This document shows, in pieces, positions 24,451-34,393 of a stretch of DNA of 49,689 bases. The stretch lies in the sequence record NC_105788.1. One strand, given 5' to 3'. The notes beneath the pieces were generated by a model. The model ran no database searches and was not told where the DNA came from. It was given only the letters and a program-made list of their open reading frames with translations. The position numbers and the translations under genes were made by a program. This stretch comes from a phage. Every line of letters begins with the position of its first letter. Within the stretch, counting starts at the first letter, position 1.

Positions 24451-24475
24451 AAAAAAAACCCGCGCAAGGCGGGTT
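24451..24475 (-). terminator. intra-operon hairpin plus T8 between gpI-like and gpJ-like genes
   Basis: AACCCGC-CTTGC-GCGGGTT + T8 on minus strand. Confidence 0.5.
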
Positions 24476-24479
24476 AATT

Positions 24480-25079
24480 TTAACTCATATCCTCGGCATA
24501 AGAACCTGCTGAGAAAGTTGCTCCACCTCCGGCGCGATATCCATATGGGACCGGGAGAGGGTATCCCGCCGCCGTCGTATTGACAGCACCGCCGAACGCG
24601 TACGAAGGTTTATTCTTGCTTGATTGAACTTCAAAGTTTGCGCCACCCGGCTGCGGTGAAATCATCTGCATCACGCCGCCCAGCACCATAGCGCCGCCCA
24701 TCATAAACAGAGACGAGGACATTGTGCCCATTAAAGCCAGAGACGCGCCGCCAGTATAGAATGCTGCAACCATTATTGCCGCGCCCAATACAACCTGGAA
24801 TAGACCTCCTGTCTTAGAGCCAGTAGGGATCGGTACGATTCTTATCTCTTTCGCGCACTTGAATTTTTCCTCTTCATGGTGTCCAACGTTAACGCCATCC
24901 ACAAATATCGCAAACTTGCTACGAGATCCTATCTCGCTTTGCATGTATTCTTTAAATCCATCCACCTGACTGGATAGCGCCCGTATGGCTTCCGGGTAAG
25001 AGTCAACAGCGTAACGGTGAAAGACGCCGAAACGCCTCCCAAGTGAACCTGACAATTTAATTACTTTTACATCATTCAT
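24480..25079 (-). CDS. tail assembly protein (lambda gpI-like)
   Basis: shared blocks with lambda I (EAIRAL; IVP..G.K.GG.FQVVLGAA; MVLGGV.QM). Confidence 0.85.
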   Translation of the reverse strand: MNDVKVIKLSGSLGRRFGVFHRYAVDSYPEAIRALSSQVDGFKEYMQSEIGSRSKFAIFVDGVNVGHHEEEKFKCAKEIRIVPIPTGSKTGGLFQVVLGAAIMVAAFYTGGASLALMGTMSSSLFMMGGAMVLGGVMQMISPQPGGANFEVQSSKNKPSYAFGGAVNTTAAGYPLPVPYGYRAGGGATFSAGSYAEDMS

Positions 25080-25810
25080 AATTTAAGATCCTTATGGCGA
25101 ACGATTAAAGCAGTATGATCCTGATACCATCCGGAATAAATATCACGACGAGATAGCTTGCCGAAGGCATGATGCAGGATCTGATTATCTCCCAGGTAAA
25201 TCCCTGCATGGTTCCATACCGGAACGTTTTGCCCTATCTGCATGATTACCATATCACCGAATGACGGATTATTCTGATCTGGAATCTCAACGAAGCCATC
25301 CTGCTTGTAATAATCCTGATAGAGATTAAGTCCGTGCTCAGGCTTCCACCATTCAAAATTCAATCGGCGATCACGCAACTCTACGCCATGCTCTTTATGC
25401 CACGCCATTACAAGGCCGTAACAGTCGAATGAACCTAATGACCACGGGCGACCAATCAGAGGCAATTTCTCAGGCTTCACAAAACGCATATCTCCTTCCG
25501 GTACGCTAACAATAATCCAGGTAACTTCCATCTCATTACACATGCACGTATCGTGAGCGCTGGGAAGAGTTGTAGCTCCGTCCCCGGTGTGGCTGTGGAC
25601 AATTGCGATCGTGGTTGAGTCTGCGTCGTCCTCAATACATGCGTATTGCACTGCGTCCATCATGAAGTGATTCTCAGGATCGCGATGTACATTATCAACG
25701 CGATGGTATTTTTGCACTCGGCCCTTTTGGGTGACTACCCCGCAGCATTCGCGTGGGTATTCTTCTTGAGCGTGAGTCATAATTTCAAGTTTAATTTTTG
25801 CACTAATCAT
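25076..25810 (-). CDS. tail assembly protein (lambda gpK-like; MPN/JAMM plus NlpC/P60)
   Basis: ECCGVV and HSHTGDG (JAMM-like) followed by Cys/His peptidase-like region; start at internal ATG with AGAGGA RBS. Confidence 0.75.
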   Translation of the reverse strand: MISAKIKLEIMTHAQEEYPRECCGVVTQKGRVQKYHRVDNVHRDPENHFMMDAVQYACIEDDADSTTIAIVHSHTGDGATTLPSAHDTCMCNEMEVTWIIVSVPEGDMRFVKPEKLPLIGRPWSLGSFDCYGLVMAWHKEHGVELRDRRLNFEWWKPEHGLNLYQDYYKQDGFVEIPDQNNPSFGDMVIMQIGQNVPVWNHAGIYLGDNQILHHAFGKLSRRDIYSGWYQDHTALIVRHKDLKL

Positions 25811-26589
25811 TGATTTTTCCTCTGTAGTGAAGCGACAGCGCAACCACCAAAATCCAATTCATTGTTTGCACCGAACCGCAGGCGGCAGGCCGTTACCGTG
25901 CCCGGGCAAAAGTCCAGTGAAGGATCATCTACTGGATTATTGTCTTTATCAAAGTAACCGTTTTGCCCGTTATATCCGCAGCCCTTCCCGGTTTTATACC
26001 ATCCACGCTGCGCCCAATAGCATACGCTTTGCGTGAGTCGAGACGGAATCATGATGCCGTCCATATCGTAAGGTGATGTGAGATCGAACCGCGCAACGCT
26101 TTTATCAACATAGTTCGGACGCTCGATATAGTATACCAGTTTGCGGTAAGCTCCATCAGCGATTGAGCCATCGGAGTTAATAAGCTCACGCTGAGTTATC
26201 CAGATAGTCACCTTAGCTTGCATTAGTCCGTTATATGCACGGATCATCGCAGATACGCGACTATCAATGTTTGCCACCGTTAATTGTGGTTTTGTTGCCT
26301 TTCCTGAACTGTCAAACGAGATCCCGGATATGCCGAACGGTCGCGCCCCGTATTTCTCGCCACGGAATGTAATTTCCTTCGGCGGTAGCGTTCCAGTTTG
26401 CTGGGCCTGCATGATTTCTTCTGGAGTGTACTGGATATTCTCACCGTGGAATCTGTACACCTGAGCGCCGAACTTACTACCATCAACTTCGATGAGAGTG
26501 ATTATCTCTCCCGGATATAGTGATTGTAGGCAGTTGTGAAACAGGCTTCTTCCGCTTTCTTCATCATAAAGTTTTTTGTTTTCGCTCAT
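25807..26589 (-). CDS. minor tail protein (lambda gpL-like)
   Basis: position between M-like and K-like genes; start at internal ATG with AGAGGA RBS. Confidence 0.65.
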   Translation of the reverse strand: MSENKKLYDEESGRSLFHNCLQSLYPGEIITLIEVDGSKFGAQVYRFHGENIQYTPEEIMQAQQTGTLPPKEITFRGEKYGARPFGISGISFDSSGKATKPQLTVANIDSRVSAMIRAYNGLMQAKVTIWITQRELINSDGSIADGAYRKLVYYIERPNYVDKSVARFDLTSPYDMDGIMIPSRLTQSVCYWAQRGWYKTGKGCGYNGQNGYFDKDNNPVDDPSLDFCPGTVTACRLRFGANNELDFGGCAVASLQRKNQ

Positions 26590-26630
26590 TGATTTTTCCT
26601 CTTGTTTACCTGCAACCATTCTACAGCTAC

Positions 26631-26652
26631 AAAAAAACCCGCGCAAGGCGGG
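26631..26652 (-). terminator. intra-operon hairpin plus T7 between gpM-like and gpL-like genes
   Basis: CCCGC-CTTGC-GCGGG + T7; near-identical to the hairpin at 24451-24475. Confidence 0.5.
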
Positions 26653-26668
26653 CTTTTGTTATGTGGCG

Positions 26669-27022
26669 TTAATCCATAGATGTAAACTGCTCCATAAACG
26701 TGACGTTAATCTCCATCACGTCGCGTGATACTGGCTTCGCTCCCAAACTGTTAGGCTTTACTACCCATATCCCGACCTTACCGTCCGGCGGCGTCCATGC
26801 GAACGGCTTAATGCGGTGAGAGTCACAGAAGTCGTAAACAGACATAAAATCTTCCCCAGCATAGACAACTGAATACTCGCGTCGAGTAGTGTTAAATCCA
26901 GACGACGCAAGCTGCATGTATCCGTTACCAAACTGGATGGAGCGGTCATTATTGGTAGTGGTAAGGGAGCCACCGCCCCCTTGAACCTGCGTACACCAAC
27001 CGAAAGTGTCAAGTGTCGCCAT
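26669..27022 (-). CDS. minor tail protein (lambda gpM-like)
   Basis: 117 aa; size, position and W..PP motif resemble lambda M. Confidence 0.65.
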   Translation of the reverse strand: MATLDTFGWCTQVQGGGGSLTTTNNDRSIQFGNGYMQLASSGFNTTRREYSVVYAGEDFMSVYDFCDSHRIKPFAWTPPDGKVGIWVVKPNSLGAKPVSRDVMEINVTFMEQFTSMD

Positions 27023-27024
27023 TA

Positions 27025-29898
27025 TTAGCCTCCTGTTTTTTCCTGAATGTAATTATAAACCTCACCGCCCTGCGAACAAGACTCGCGAATCATTTTTTTG
27101 AACATCATTTCTACCCCCTGAGAAATCCCCCTCGGATCTGATCCGTTGTCAACTCTCACCTCCATGCCGCTTACATCAACGACCGTTCCACCTCCTGAAT
27201 GGTTTACCACCTTTGGCGCCGAGTTTGATGCGTTGAATCCAGAGGTTGCCACACTACCCGCTGCGGCAGCAAGTGATACAGCGGCCCCACCGGAAGATAA
27301 AGATCTAAAAACAGAAGTGGCAGGCGCAGGGGTTGCCTGTGATGCCGCAGAAGCACCAGACGACGCCCCTCCAGCAAAGCTCCACGTCTTACCGCCCATC
27401 ATGCCTGAGATCGTATTGAAGATTACCATCTGAGCAATCATCTTTATAATCATGCCGATGATATTTTTCGCAAAGTCCTCAAAGTTCGCTTTTCCTGTGG
27501 TCAGAAATTGAACCATCATATCTGACATTCCGTTAAGGGCACTTGACGCGATCTCGTTAACATTGCCGTACATATCCATTGCTGCATCACCGTAATCAGC
27601 AAAAGCACTTTCAGCACCTGCCAACCAGTCAGCTCGCTTGGAATCTTCCGCAGCGTAGTAATCATTTTGCGCCTTAATCATGTTCTGAAGTTTCTCGTCT
27701 CCTTCGCTGCCACCGGAGTTGATGTAATCAGTGGTGATTTTAGCTAGTTCAGCTTGTCGTTCCATGTCGCGAGTACTAAGACCTCGTGAAGCGTTAAGCT
27801 GTTCCGTCGCCGCCGTCATCTCATTGACAAACTTCAGTGATTTGTCGGTAAGTGCGTTCAACTGCTGTTGCTTAACGATCTGATCGCCAATCTCGGCCTT
27901 CTGTTTCGCAAGCTCGACAACTTTCTCCTGACTTGCCAGTAACGCTTTTTCTTCCGCAGACAACTGACGCTTAGAGCTGGCTTCACGAAGAACAGCAATC
28001 GTAGCCTCGGTCGTAAACAGCGCCTTTCTCTGCGCGGAAAGTTTTTGACCGATCTCCTTATGCTCCTGCAATACCTTAAGTTGAGCCTTGAGTGAAATTA
28101 ACTCCTTGTCGAATTGCTCTGTCGGTGAGCGCACAATTTTCGACTGCTTATTTCGTTCTCGGTTTCGCTTCTCGATCTCTTCTGCTTCTTTCCTTATTGC
28201 TTCCTTAGTTTCCTCGCTGTACTGCTTTTCAAGAGTGCGACGCTGCTTCATCGCTTCAACGTATCCCATCTCGCCTTTTTCTACTCGAGCGTTAATAGCA
28301 TCAAGCTCTGAAGCCAACTGGTCGTAGTTGTCGCGAGAACTTTTTACGATGTTCTCCTGCTCCTTCAGAACATCAGCGCCGAAATCACTCATACCAGGAA
28401 GAGACTGTGTAGCCTTAATCGCAGAGGCAATAAAGTTTGAGATGTATTCGTCACCTTTCGCAAGAATCATTTTTACCTGAATCACTGTACCCTGAACCAC
28501 ATCAATAATCAGGTTTAGCGCCCCAAGTGTATGATCACCCACCCATCCCCACGCGTCCGAAGCCCATTGTTTAATATCGTTCCACATTTTTTCCAGATGG
28601 GTAGCATTATCCGCTATTGACTTCATTCGCTTTTCCATTACGTCGGCGAATAATTTCGTTGCTTCAGATACTGCCTCAGTTTCTCCTTTCGTCCGGCTTA
28701 ATGTATCGATATAGGTAAGCTGCCCTTTTTCAAGGAAATTATATTGCTCATTTAACTTCTTCAGACCTTTTACCGGATCGCTTGCGATTTTGTCGAACTC
28801 AGAAATAATTTGACTTGCTGATTTTCCTGTTGACGCTGACCACTCTGCGGTAGCCTTAGTGATGTTCTGGATCTGCTCGCGGGTGTACTTACCAGAACTT
28901 GCCAACTCCGTTACAATCTCGCGAATACTCCCAATGGTTGAGTTACTTGTCTGCGCGATCTTTTTAGACACTGAATCAAGATCTTCAGCCGTAACACCTG
29001 CATAACCGCCAGTCTCAATAAGCGCATTCTGAATATCAGTTATTGACTTGTAAGAGTCATAACCAGCTTTCGCCAGAAGACCTAACGAACCAACAAGAAC
29101 GCCAACACCTGCCGTGACCGGATTAATATAGCTAAGCAGTACTTTAAACGTATTACCGACACCGCCGAACGAGTCCTTGATCTGACCACCTTGCTGGATG
29201 GCAACCAGCCATACAGGCATACCGGAGGCGAGAGATGTTACGACGTCAGTGATCTGTGCCGGAAGCATTCTCATAGCCTGCTTATATTCCCCAGCGCTGA
29301 TACCTGCCGCATTCATTGCTCGCCCCTGCTCTTTCAGCTTTGCGATTAGTGGTGCTGCCTCATTCGAAAGTCCAAGCTCAGCCGCTTTCAGCTCCATCAA
29401 TTCAGCATGAGTCTTGCCGATCGCGTTAACTTGACCATTCAGGGCATCCATGAACGCCTTGCTTCGTGCTGCCGCCTGCTCTTTTGCTTTCGCTTCCTGC
29501 AATGCCGCCTGACCTTCTTCCGTAAGCATAGCCCGGCTGCGAGCAAGTTTTGCGTTTTGCAGATCCAGCATTTCACCCAAACGGAAAAAAGTCTCATCTG
29601 GAACGACTCCCTGCTGCCAGAGTTTATCAAGCTGCTGAGATGCAATCTTCAACCTTTCCATTTTTGATACTGTAGGATCGATTGCCTTCTCCACGGCCTC
29701 ATACTCTTTTCTCTGGCGCCTGAGTTGTTCAGCGTGTTCTTTGGCCTTCTGTTTTGCAACCTCTGACTCATTGATTAAAGAACCCATAGAATCAGCGGCC
29801 TGGTCGTTGGCCTTTGAAAACTCTTTCAGTGACTTGACGGCGCGCTGCACTGTTGACACATCAACGTCAAGCGACAGACCTGCTACCTTATCAACCAT
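27025..29898 (-). CDS. tail tape measure protein
   Basis: 957 aa, extensive coiled-coil and Ala/Gly/Ser-rich C-terminus; downstream of G/G-T; start at internal ATG with GGGGG RBS. Confidence 0.85.
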   Translation of the reverse strand: MVDKVAGLSLDVDVSTVQRAVKSLKEFSKANDQAADSMGSLINESEVAKQKAKEHAEQLRRQRKEYEAVEKAIDPTVSKMERLKIASQQLDKLWQQGVVPDETFFRLGEMLDLQNAKLARSRAMLTEEGQAALQEAKAKEQAAARSKAFMDALNGQVNAIGKTHAELMELKAAELGLSNEAAPLIAKLKEQGRAMNAAGISAGEYKQAMRMLPAQITDVVTSLASGMPVWLVAIQQGGQIKDSFGGVGNTFKVLLSYINPVTAGVGVLVGSLGLLAKAGYDSYKSITDIQNALIETGGYAGVTAEDLDSVSKKIAQTSNSTIGSIREIVTELASSGKYTREQIQNITKATAEWSASTGKSASQIISEFDKIASDPVKGLKKLNEQYNFLEKGQLTYIDTLSRTKGETEAVSEATKLFADVMEKRMKSIADNATHLEKMWNDIKQWASDAWGWVGDHTLGALNLIIDVVQGTVIQVKMILAKGDEYISNFIASAIKATQSLPGMSDFGADVLKEQENIVKSSRDNYDQLASELDAINARVEKGEMGYVEAMKQRRTLEKQYSEETKEAIRKEAEEIEKRNRERNKQSKIVRSPTEQFDKELISLKAQLKVLQEHKEIGQKLSAQRKALFTTEATIAVLREASSKRQLSAEEKALLASQEKVVELAKQKAEIGDQIVKQQQLNALTDKSLKFVNEMTAATEQLNASRGLSTRDMERQAELAKITTDYINSGGSEGDEKLQNMIKAQNDYYAAEDSKRADWLAGAESAFADYGDAAMDMYGNVNEIASSALNGMSDMMVQFLTTGKANFEDFAKNIIGMIIKMIAQMVIFNTISGMMGGKTWSFAGGASSGASAASQATPAPATSVFRSLSSGGAAVSLAAAAGSVATSGFNASNSAPKVVNHSGGGTVVDVSGMEVRVDNGSDPRGISQGVEMMFKKMIRESCSQGGEVYNYIQEKTGG

Positions 29899-29914
29899 AT
29901 AACCCCCTATATAC

Positions 29915-29936
29915 GAAAAAACCGCCAAACGGCGGC
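29915..29936 (-). terminator. intra-operon hairpin plus T6 between G-T and tape measure genes
   Basis: CCGCC-GTTT-GGCGG + T6. Confidence 0.45.
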
Positions 29937-30571
29937 TTAGTTGTTTTGCTTAGCAATCATTTCAAGCGCTTTCGCTTCCATGATCCTAACGTCCTGCAAT
30001 GCCAGTTCTTCATCTTCTATTTTATAGATTTTGAACAACATAGGCAAAACATTATAGTCAAGGCCATAAGCTCCAGCGCCTGAACTTCTCCACTGAGTGA
30101 GCATTGACGTAAAAACATTCCACGCCTTCACCATTTCAGCATCGCCGATTATCGTTTCCGGTTCCTCATCTTCATAGTCAGAAAGGCTGAGGCCAACCGA
30201 TCTTAATTGCTCTTCTGTCGGCGGTTTCTGATATAACAGATAAACCGCCCTTTTTAGTTTTTTGCGCGGTGTCCGGCGAGCGCCTTGATGTAAGTTGCCG
30301 TCAGATTGTACGCTGCGGAAGGATAATACTGTACCAGTTTACGCGTATTCTCTTCGTTAAATTCTTCTTCCAGATTCCAGCCTGACGCGATCTTAGTAAT
30401 GAAATCGCTATCATTCATTTCGCCCTGCTTCGCATACATATCTTGCACTTCTTTACTGGAAAGGTGGCGCACTGTAAAAATAATAGTCGCATCCTCACCG
30501 TTTGGCATGGTGAACGTAACCGGAAGTTTGAAGTCTGGAAGCTGGCCCAACACGAAATTGAATTTAGCCAT
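29937..30571 (-). CDS. tail assembly chaperone G-T fusion produced by -1 programmed ribosomal frameshift
   Basis: -1 frame is open from the slippery site to stop at 29937; arrangement identical to lambda G/GT. Confidence 0.65.
30254..30571 (-). CDS. tail assembly chaperone (lambda gpG-like)
   Basis: 105 aa between major tail and tape measure genes; ends ...RAKN-stop with slippery heptamer in last codons; ACCAATCAGGAG RBS. Confidence 0.75.
   Translation of the reverse strand: MAKFNFVLGQLPDFKLPVTFTMPNGEDATIIFTVRHLSSKEVQDMYAKQGEMNDSDFITKIASGWNLEEEFNEENTRKLVQYYPSAAYNLTATYIKALAGHRAKN
30257..30263 (-). other. -1 frameshift slippery heptamer A_AAA_AAC
   Basis: zero-frame codons GCA AAA AAC TAA; canonical X_XXY_YYZ site 1 codon before G stop. 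Confidence 0.7.
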
Positions 30572-30592
30572 AATGTTTCTCCTGATTGGTTG

Positions 30593-30612
30593 ATAGCACT
30601 TTTTGTTAAAAT
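30593..30612. promoter_or_regulatory. conserved box (ATAGCACTTTTTGTTAAAAT, inverted relative to gene) directly abutting the gpG RBS
   Basis: box copy inside late operon. Confidence 0.5.
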
Positions 30613-30684
30613 TTAATCGAATAAAGTTGATAAGATGATTTTACAGAAATGAATAAGGGGGCGCAAGCCCCCTATGGATGGTAT

Positions 30685-31353
30685 TTAAGCACCAGGCGAT
30701 GCCAGAGTGGAGGAAATGAAAGTAAAGTCACCTTTCAGGGATACGGCGAGTTCCACCGTTTCCATTTCGTTAACCTGCGTGGATGGGATATCGTTAAACG
30801 ACAAGATGCCAGCCCACATACGCATTTCGCTCGCTTTCGGCACGTACATTCGAACCGCTGTTACCTGGCCAGACGAATCCAGCTTGCGCAGAATCGGGTA
30901 GATCGGGTTATCAAATTCGTGCGCGAAAGTGTACGTTAGCGATACCGCAGATTTAAACGTTGGAATCTGCTGCTCTTTATCGTCGGACAAACACTGATAA
31001 GTGTAATACTGCTGCTCGCCGCCGTCCTGACCAATCTCCTGCACGCAAGGGATCTCAGTCCATCCAGTAATTTTTGCGAAGCTCATCGTACCGCCAGCCG
31101 GGAAAACAAGTGTATCAGAGGTGTCAATTCCAGCAAGAGTGATGCTTGTTTCCTGAGCGTCAGTAACAATTAGCACTCGACTAACCATCTTTGCCCAAGT
31201 TGACTGAGTTACAATAACGTAATCACCTTTTGCCAAGTCACCCTTAGATGCAACTGTAGCAACAGGATTTTCTGCGTTAGTGACAGCGGTTGCCTCAACC
31301 TCTACCCCTCGAGAGGTTTCCACGAAAATTTGTGCGCCATTTGGTAAGTGCAT
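30685..31353 (-). CDS. major tail protein (lambda gpV-like)
   Basis: 223 aa immediately upstream of G; start at internal ATG with AAGGAG RBS. Confidence 0.7.
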   Translation of the reverse strand: MHLPNGAQIFVETSRGVEVEATAVTNAENPVATVASKGDLAKGDYVIVTQSTWAKMVSRVLIVTDAQETSITLAGIDTSDTLVFPAGGTMSFAKITGWTEIPCVQEIGQDGGEQQYYTYQCLSDDKEQQIPTFKSAVSLTYTFAHEFDNPIYPILRKLDSSGQVTAVRMYVPKASEMRMWAGILSFNDIPSTQVNEMETVELAVSLKGDFTFISSTLASPGA

Positions 31354-31355
31354 AA

Positions 31356-31754
31356 TTAAGTCTCCTTTGTGTCTACTCGTACTGTAAAGCGAACCGGAAT
31401 CATCCACCCGCTTTCATGTTTAACAATTTGATGCACGATTGCACCCTCGAAAATATAACCAACGTTAAGCATTTTACCATCTTTGAAAAAATCAGCAATC
31501 TCTTTTGCTTTCAATCTTGCTTCGTCAACGCCGGAGCCTGGAGGGAACACTACGCCGATCTGAACGATTGCGATGTAAGATTTACACTTTCTGTCAATGG
31601 ATAGATAAAGCGTATCCCCTTCAATGTAGTTGAACCTCAGCCACATACCGCCATCCTTCGGAGGTGTGAAATTTCTGTTTTCCATGTAGTGAGGAAAGTC
31701 TCTGTACTTTGATAGAAAAGCGGCTCGCGCCGCCGCTGATAACTCATAGTGCAT
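31356..31754 (-). CDS. tail terminator protein (lambda gpU-like)
   Basis: 132 aa, position immediately upstream of major tail gene. Confidence 0.5.
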   Translation of the reverse strand: MHYELSAAARAAFLSKYRDFPHYMENRNFTPPKDGGMWLRFNYIEGDTLYLSIDRKCKSYIAIVQIGVVFPPGSGVDEARLKAKEIADFFKDGKMLNVGYIFEGAIVHQIVKHESGWMIPVRFTVRVDTKET

Positions 31755-32187
31755 TTTGCTGTCTCCTTGCCTGCTTGATTGCGTCAGCCATATATGATCT
31801 CAGCCTTAATGCCACAAGGCCGACAACGCCGCTCGGCGCTTGCTGTGAATGACCGTACTCAAGAGCGTTTGCATAAATCAACATGTTTGAAAAGTGAACT
31901 GATGTTATCGCGCCGCCACGGCTGAACATGCCATAAGTTTTAGCCTGCTCCTCACCTCTGACGACACCGCCAGTTTTATCGTATCGGTTTAATGCGTGGT
32001 TAGGGATTTCGTTAAAAGTTATCTGCCAGTTACCCTTGAATCGACCTGTATCAACAGGGGAGCGGCTAACAAGAGCGTCGTGAACATCCCTTACGAATAT
32101 CTCAATGGCATGTTCTAACGTGCTTTCAGCTGCCTTAATCCACGCATCAATCTCGCCTTGAAATCTACGAATCTGATAATTAGCCAC
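31744..32187 (-). CDS. tail completion protein (lambda gpZ-like), start uncertain
   Basis: position; start placed at GTG overlapping upstream stop after GGAGGG; ORF-track start would overlap upstream gene by about 100 nt. Confidence 0.4.
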   Translation of the reverse strand: MANYQIRRFQGEIDAWIKAAESTLEHAIEIFVRDVHDALVSRSPVDTGRFKGNWQITFNEIPNHALNRYDKTGGVVRGEEQAKTYGMFSRGGAITSVHFSNMLIYANALEYGHSQQAPSGVVGLVALRLRSYMADAIKQARRQQNAL

Positions 32188-32551
32188 CGACTGATACCCT
32201 CCGTAATACTGGACGATAGGCGACTGGTTCCAGTGACGCCTGAACCGGGCGAGCATCAACAACAACATGACGAATGCCATCAATCTCTATATAGTCACCT
32301 TCGTTTATTTCATGATCATTATTGAAGATCCCCAAAATATCTGAGGCGCGGATAGTTTCCCCATCAATCTCACGCGCGTTCGGTCTTCTCGTCGCGCCGG
32401 ATATTGGAATGACCTGTTCCATCGGTGGGATCTCGAATCCGTTTTCATCATATCCGTATTCACCTTGTTTTATCAGGTTCATAGGTCTTGACGGATCGGT
32501 GAAGAAAGCAACGCCTTTGCGAGCCATCCTTTCAATTTGTGAGTAGTTCAT
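32180..32551 (-). CDS. head-tail joining protein (lambda gpFII-like)
   Basis: position; internal ATG with GGAGGA RBS. Confidence 0.45.
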   Translation of the reverse strand: MNYSQIERMARKGVAFFTDPSRPMNLIKQGEYGYDENGFEIPPMEQVIPISGATRRPNAREIDGETIRASDILGIFNNDHEINEGDYIEIDGIRHVVVDARPVQASLEPVAYRPVLRRVSVGG

Positions 32552-32961
32552 TAGTGGCATCCTCCACGGAGTCCTGTCATTAATGCGAATCTACCACGGC
32601 GTCGCGCTTTAAGCTGTTCGAACATCTTACCCCACGGCGTCGAAAGCATCATGTTCCCTGACTGGTTCTTCGTAACCTCTCCGAAAGTCTGACTAAATTC
32701 ACCGCTCAGGGAGAATGACGTAACGCGTCGTGAGTACGATTCCAGATCCTCATCTTCACCTTTTAGCGCCCCGTCAAGGAAAGCAAGGTGCAATGCATAA
32801 AGAGCGAGCGCTTTGACGTATGCGTCTTTAAAGGTCTTCTGGCAGACGAATAGCTCAGCCATTTCTACCCACGCATAAAGCGTTTCGTCTGGAACCTTAC
32901 GAAGTGCCGGAACCAGCTTTCGCATTTGCTCAACAACTGCAATTAAAGTTTCTTGATTCAT
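32551..32961 (-). CDS. head completion / head-tail connector protein
   Basis: 136 aa, position between capsid and tail-joining genes. Confidence 0.45.
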   Translation of the reverse strand: MNQETLIAVVEQMRKLVPALRKVPDETLYAWVEMAELFVCQKTFKDAYVKALALYALHLAFLDGALKGEDEDLESYSRRVTSFSLSGEFSQTFGEVTKNQSGNMMLSTPWGKMFEQLKARRRGRFALMTGLRGGCH

Positions 32962-33005
32962 AACTTACCCCCATAAAAAAAGGCGCTACATGAGCGCCTT
33001 GATGA

Positions 33006-33293
33006 TTAATATTCGCCGCCGTCCTCAAGCTCTTTAACGCTTTTGCTATCCCACGGATCTGGCTTCGTGATCTTTGCCATTTCAGCACGGATTTTGCGGT
33101 TGGTTGCACTGTCGTCTTTAACTTCGATTTCTTCGCGAGCAATTAAGCAACGCAGGCCAGGCAAATCAAGAACGGACGCCGGAAGCGTGACCTCTTCATC
33201 TGGAAGAACTTTAGCAAAGGAGCCATCTTCAAGACGGAACATCTGAAGAGCTACACCAACGTTTACGATAACAACAGTTTTTTCTTTAGCCAT
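33006..33293 (-). CDS. hypothetical structural-module protein (95 aa)
   Basis: ORF track; GGAG RBS; directly after terminator following capsid gene. Confidence 0.5.
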   Translation of the reverse strand: MAKEKTVVIVNVGVALQMFRLEDGSFAKVLPDEEVTLPASVLDLPGLRCLIAREEIEVKDDSATNRKIRAEMAKITKPDPWDSKSVKELEDGGEY

Positions 33294-33306
33294 TTTGATT
33301 TCTCCA

Positions 33307-33335
33307 ATAAAAAAGGGACTAACTAAGTTAGCCCC
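33307..33335 (-). terminator. hairpin plus T6 immediately after major capsid gene
   Basis: AGGGGCTAAC-TTA-GTTAGTCCCT + T6 on minus strand. Confidence 0.55.
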
Positions 33336-33342
33336 TATAATA

Positions 33343-34302
33343 TTACACGCCAGTAATTAAGACAATAGTCATCGGGCGATAAATTGTAAGACCAGTACAC
33401 TTAGAGGTGCAAGGCACTTTGAAGTGCAAGTCTTTCGGCTGCGCTGGCAGCATGTTAAATGCTTCCGGGATCTCGATGGACATGTTCATCGGATTCTTTT
33501 CGTACACCAGCACACCTTTAGTGCCTGCGCCGTCGATATCCTCAAGCTCTGCGATAGAGTCGATTTCGATACCGGAGTTCTGAGACTTGAAATAGTCCAG
33601 ATAAGACATAGTAGTCTCAGGCATACGAATCGCCAAAACCTTACGCATGGAAGGCGGAATCAGGATGTTGGTTGCTCGGTGTTGGCCCCGAGTAATCGTC
33701 TCGATGGTTTCGATCGCTTGAGTTAGCTCAGCTTCCGCAGTTTCCGGCTTCATAGTAGATGCATCAATCCACTTACCGGAGGTAATTTTAGTGATGTTCG
33801 GATGGTTAAACACGGACACAATCTTGTGCGGTGCGGAACCTTTGAACACCAGGCGGTTAACAAGCTGATCATGCGCCAACTGGCACGCGCTCGCCTTACG
33901 GGTTGACAGTGGGCGACCAGTTGCCTGACCTGCTTTGATTTCGTCGATTGAGATCAGATACGCATTACCCAAACGGAACACCTTACCAAATTCAGAAGTA
34001 CCAAGCGCATCAACCAGAGGCAGGTCATCGGTATAGTCAGCGATAATCTGAGCAGTACCAACCTTATCAAAAGTCATGTACTCAAACGTCTTGTCGGTCG
34101 GAGAGAGTTCGGTTGTAACCGGGAATACTCGTAGTGCTGAGCCTACCGGATAGTCTTCTTCGTAAGACTGGCTTTTGATGCGGTGTAGTTCCTGAGCGGT
34201 CCAGATACCCATCGTTGCGGCTGCATCCTGTTTTACGCCAGCCTGGATCAGATACATTTCAACATTACTTTTATCTGCTTCATCAAATTTTTTAGTAGTC
34301 AT
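33343..34302 (-). CDS. major capsid protein
   Basis: 319 aa; lambda-like gene order (protease - decoration - capsid); GGAGAAG RBS; flanked by terminator hairpins. Confidence 0.7.
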   Translation of the reverse strand: MTTKKFDEADKSNVEMYLIQAGVKQDAAATMGIWTAQELHRIKSQSYEEDYPVGSALRVFPVTTELSPTDKTFEYMTFDKVGTAQIIADYTDDLPLVDALGTSEFGKVFRLGNAYLISIDEIKAGQATGRPLSTRKASACQLAHDQLVNRLVFKGSAPHKIVSVFNHPNITKITSGKWIDASTMKPETAEAELTQAIETIETITRGQHRATNILIPPSMRKVLAIRMPETTMSYLDYFKSQNSGIEIDSIAELEDIDGAGTKGVLVYEKNPMNMSIEIPEAFNMLPAQPKDLHFKVPCTSKCTGLTIYRPMTIVLITGV

Positions 34303-34323
34303 GATTACTTCTCCGTAGTTAAT

Positions 34324-34350
34324 AAAAAAGCCGTGATTATGTTCACGGCT
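34324..34350 (-). terminator. hairpin plus T6 upstream of major capsid gene
   Basis: AGCCGTGA-ACATAA-TCACGGCT + T6. Confidence 0.5.
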
Positions 34351-34356
34351 TCAATA

Positions 34357-34376
34357 ATAGCACTTTTTGTTAAAGC
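34357..34376. promoter_or_regulatory. conserved box (ATAGCACTTTTTGTTAAAGC, inverted relative to local genes)
   Basis: box copy between decoration-like gene and capsid gene. Confidence 0.5.
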
Positions 34377-34393
34377 GTCAAAGTGTTTTTATG

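Noticed and set aside
30649-30939. ORF 30649..30939 (+) and 30707..30901 (+) opposite the major tail gene
   Set aside because: Overlap the major tail protein gene on the other strand; no RBS; the plus-orientated box nearby is better explained as a regulatory site for the minus-strand gpG-like gene.
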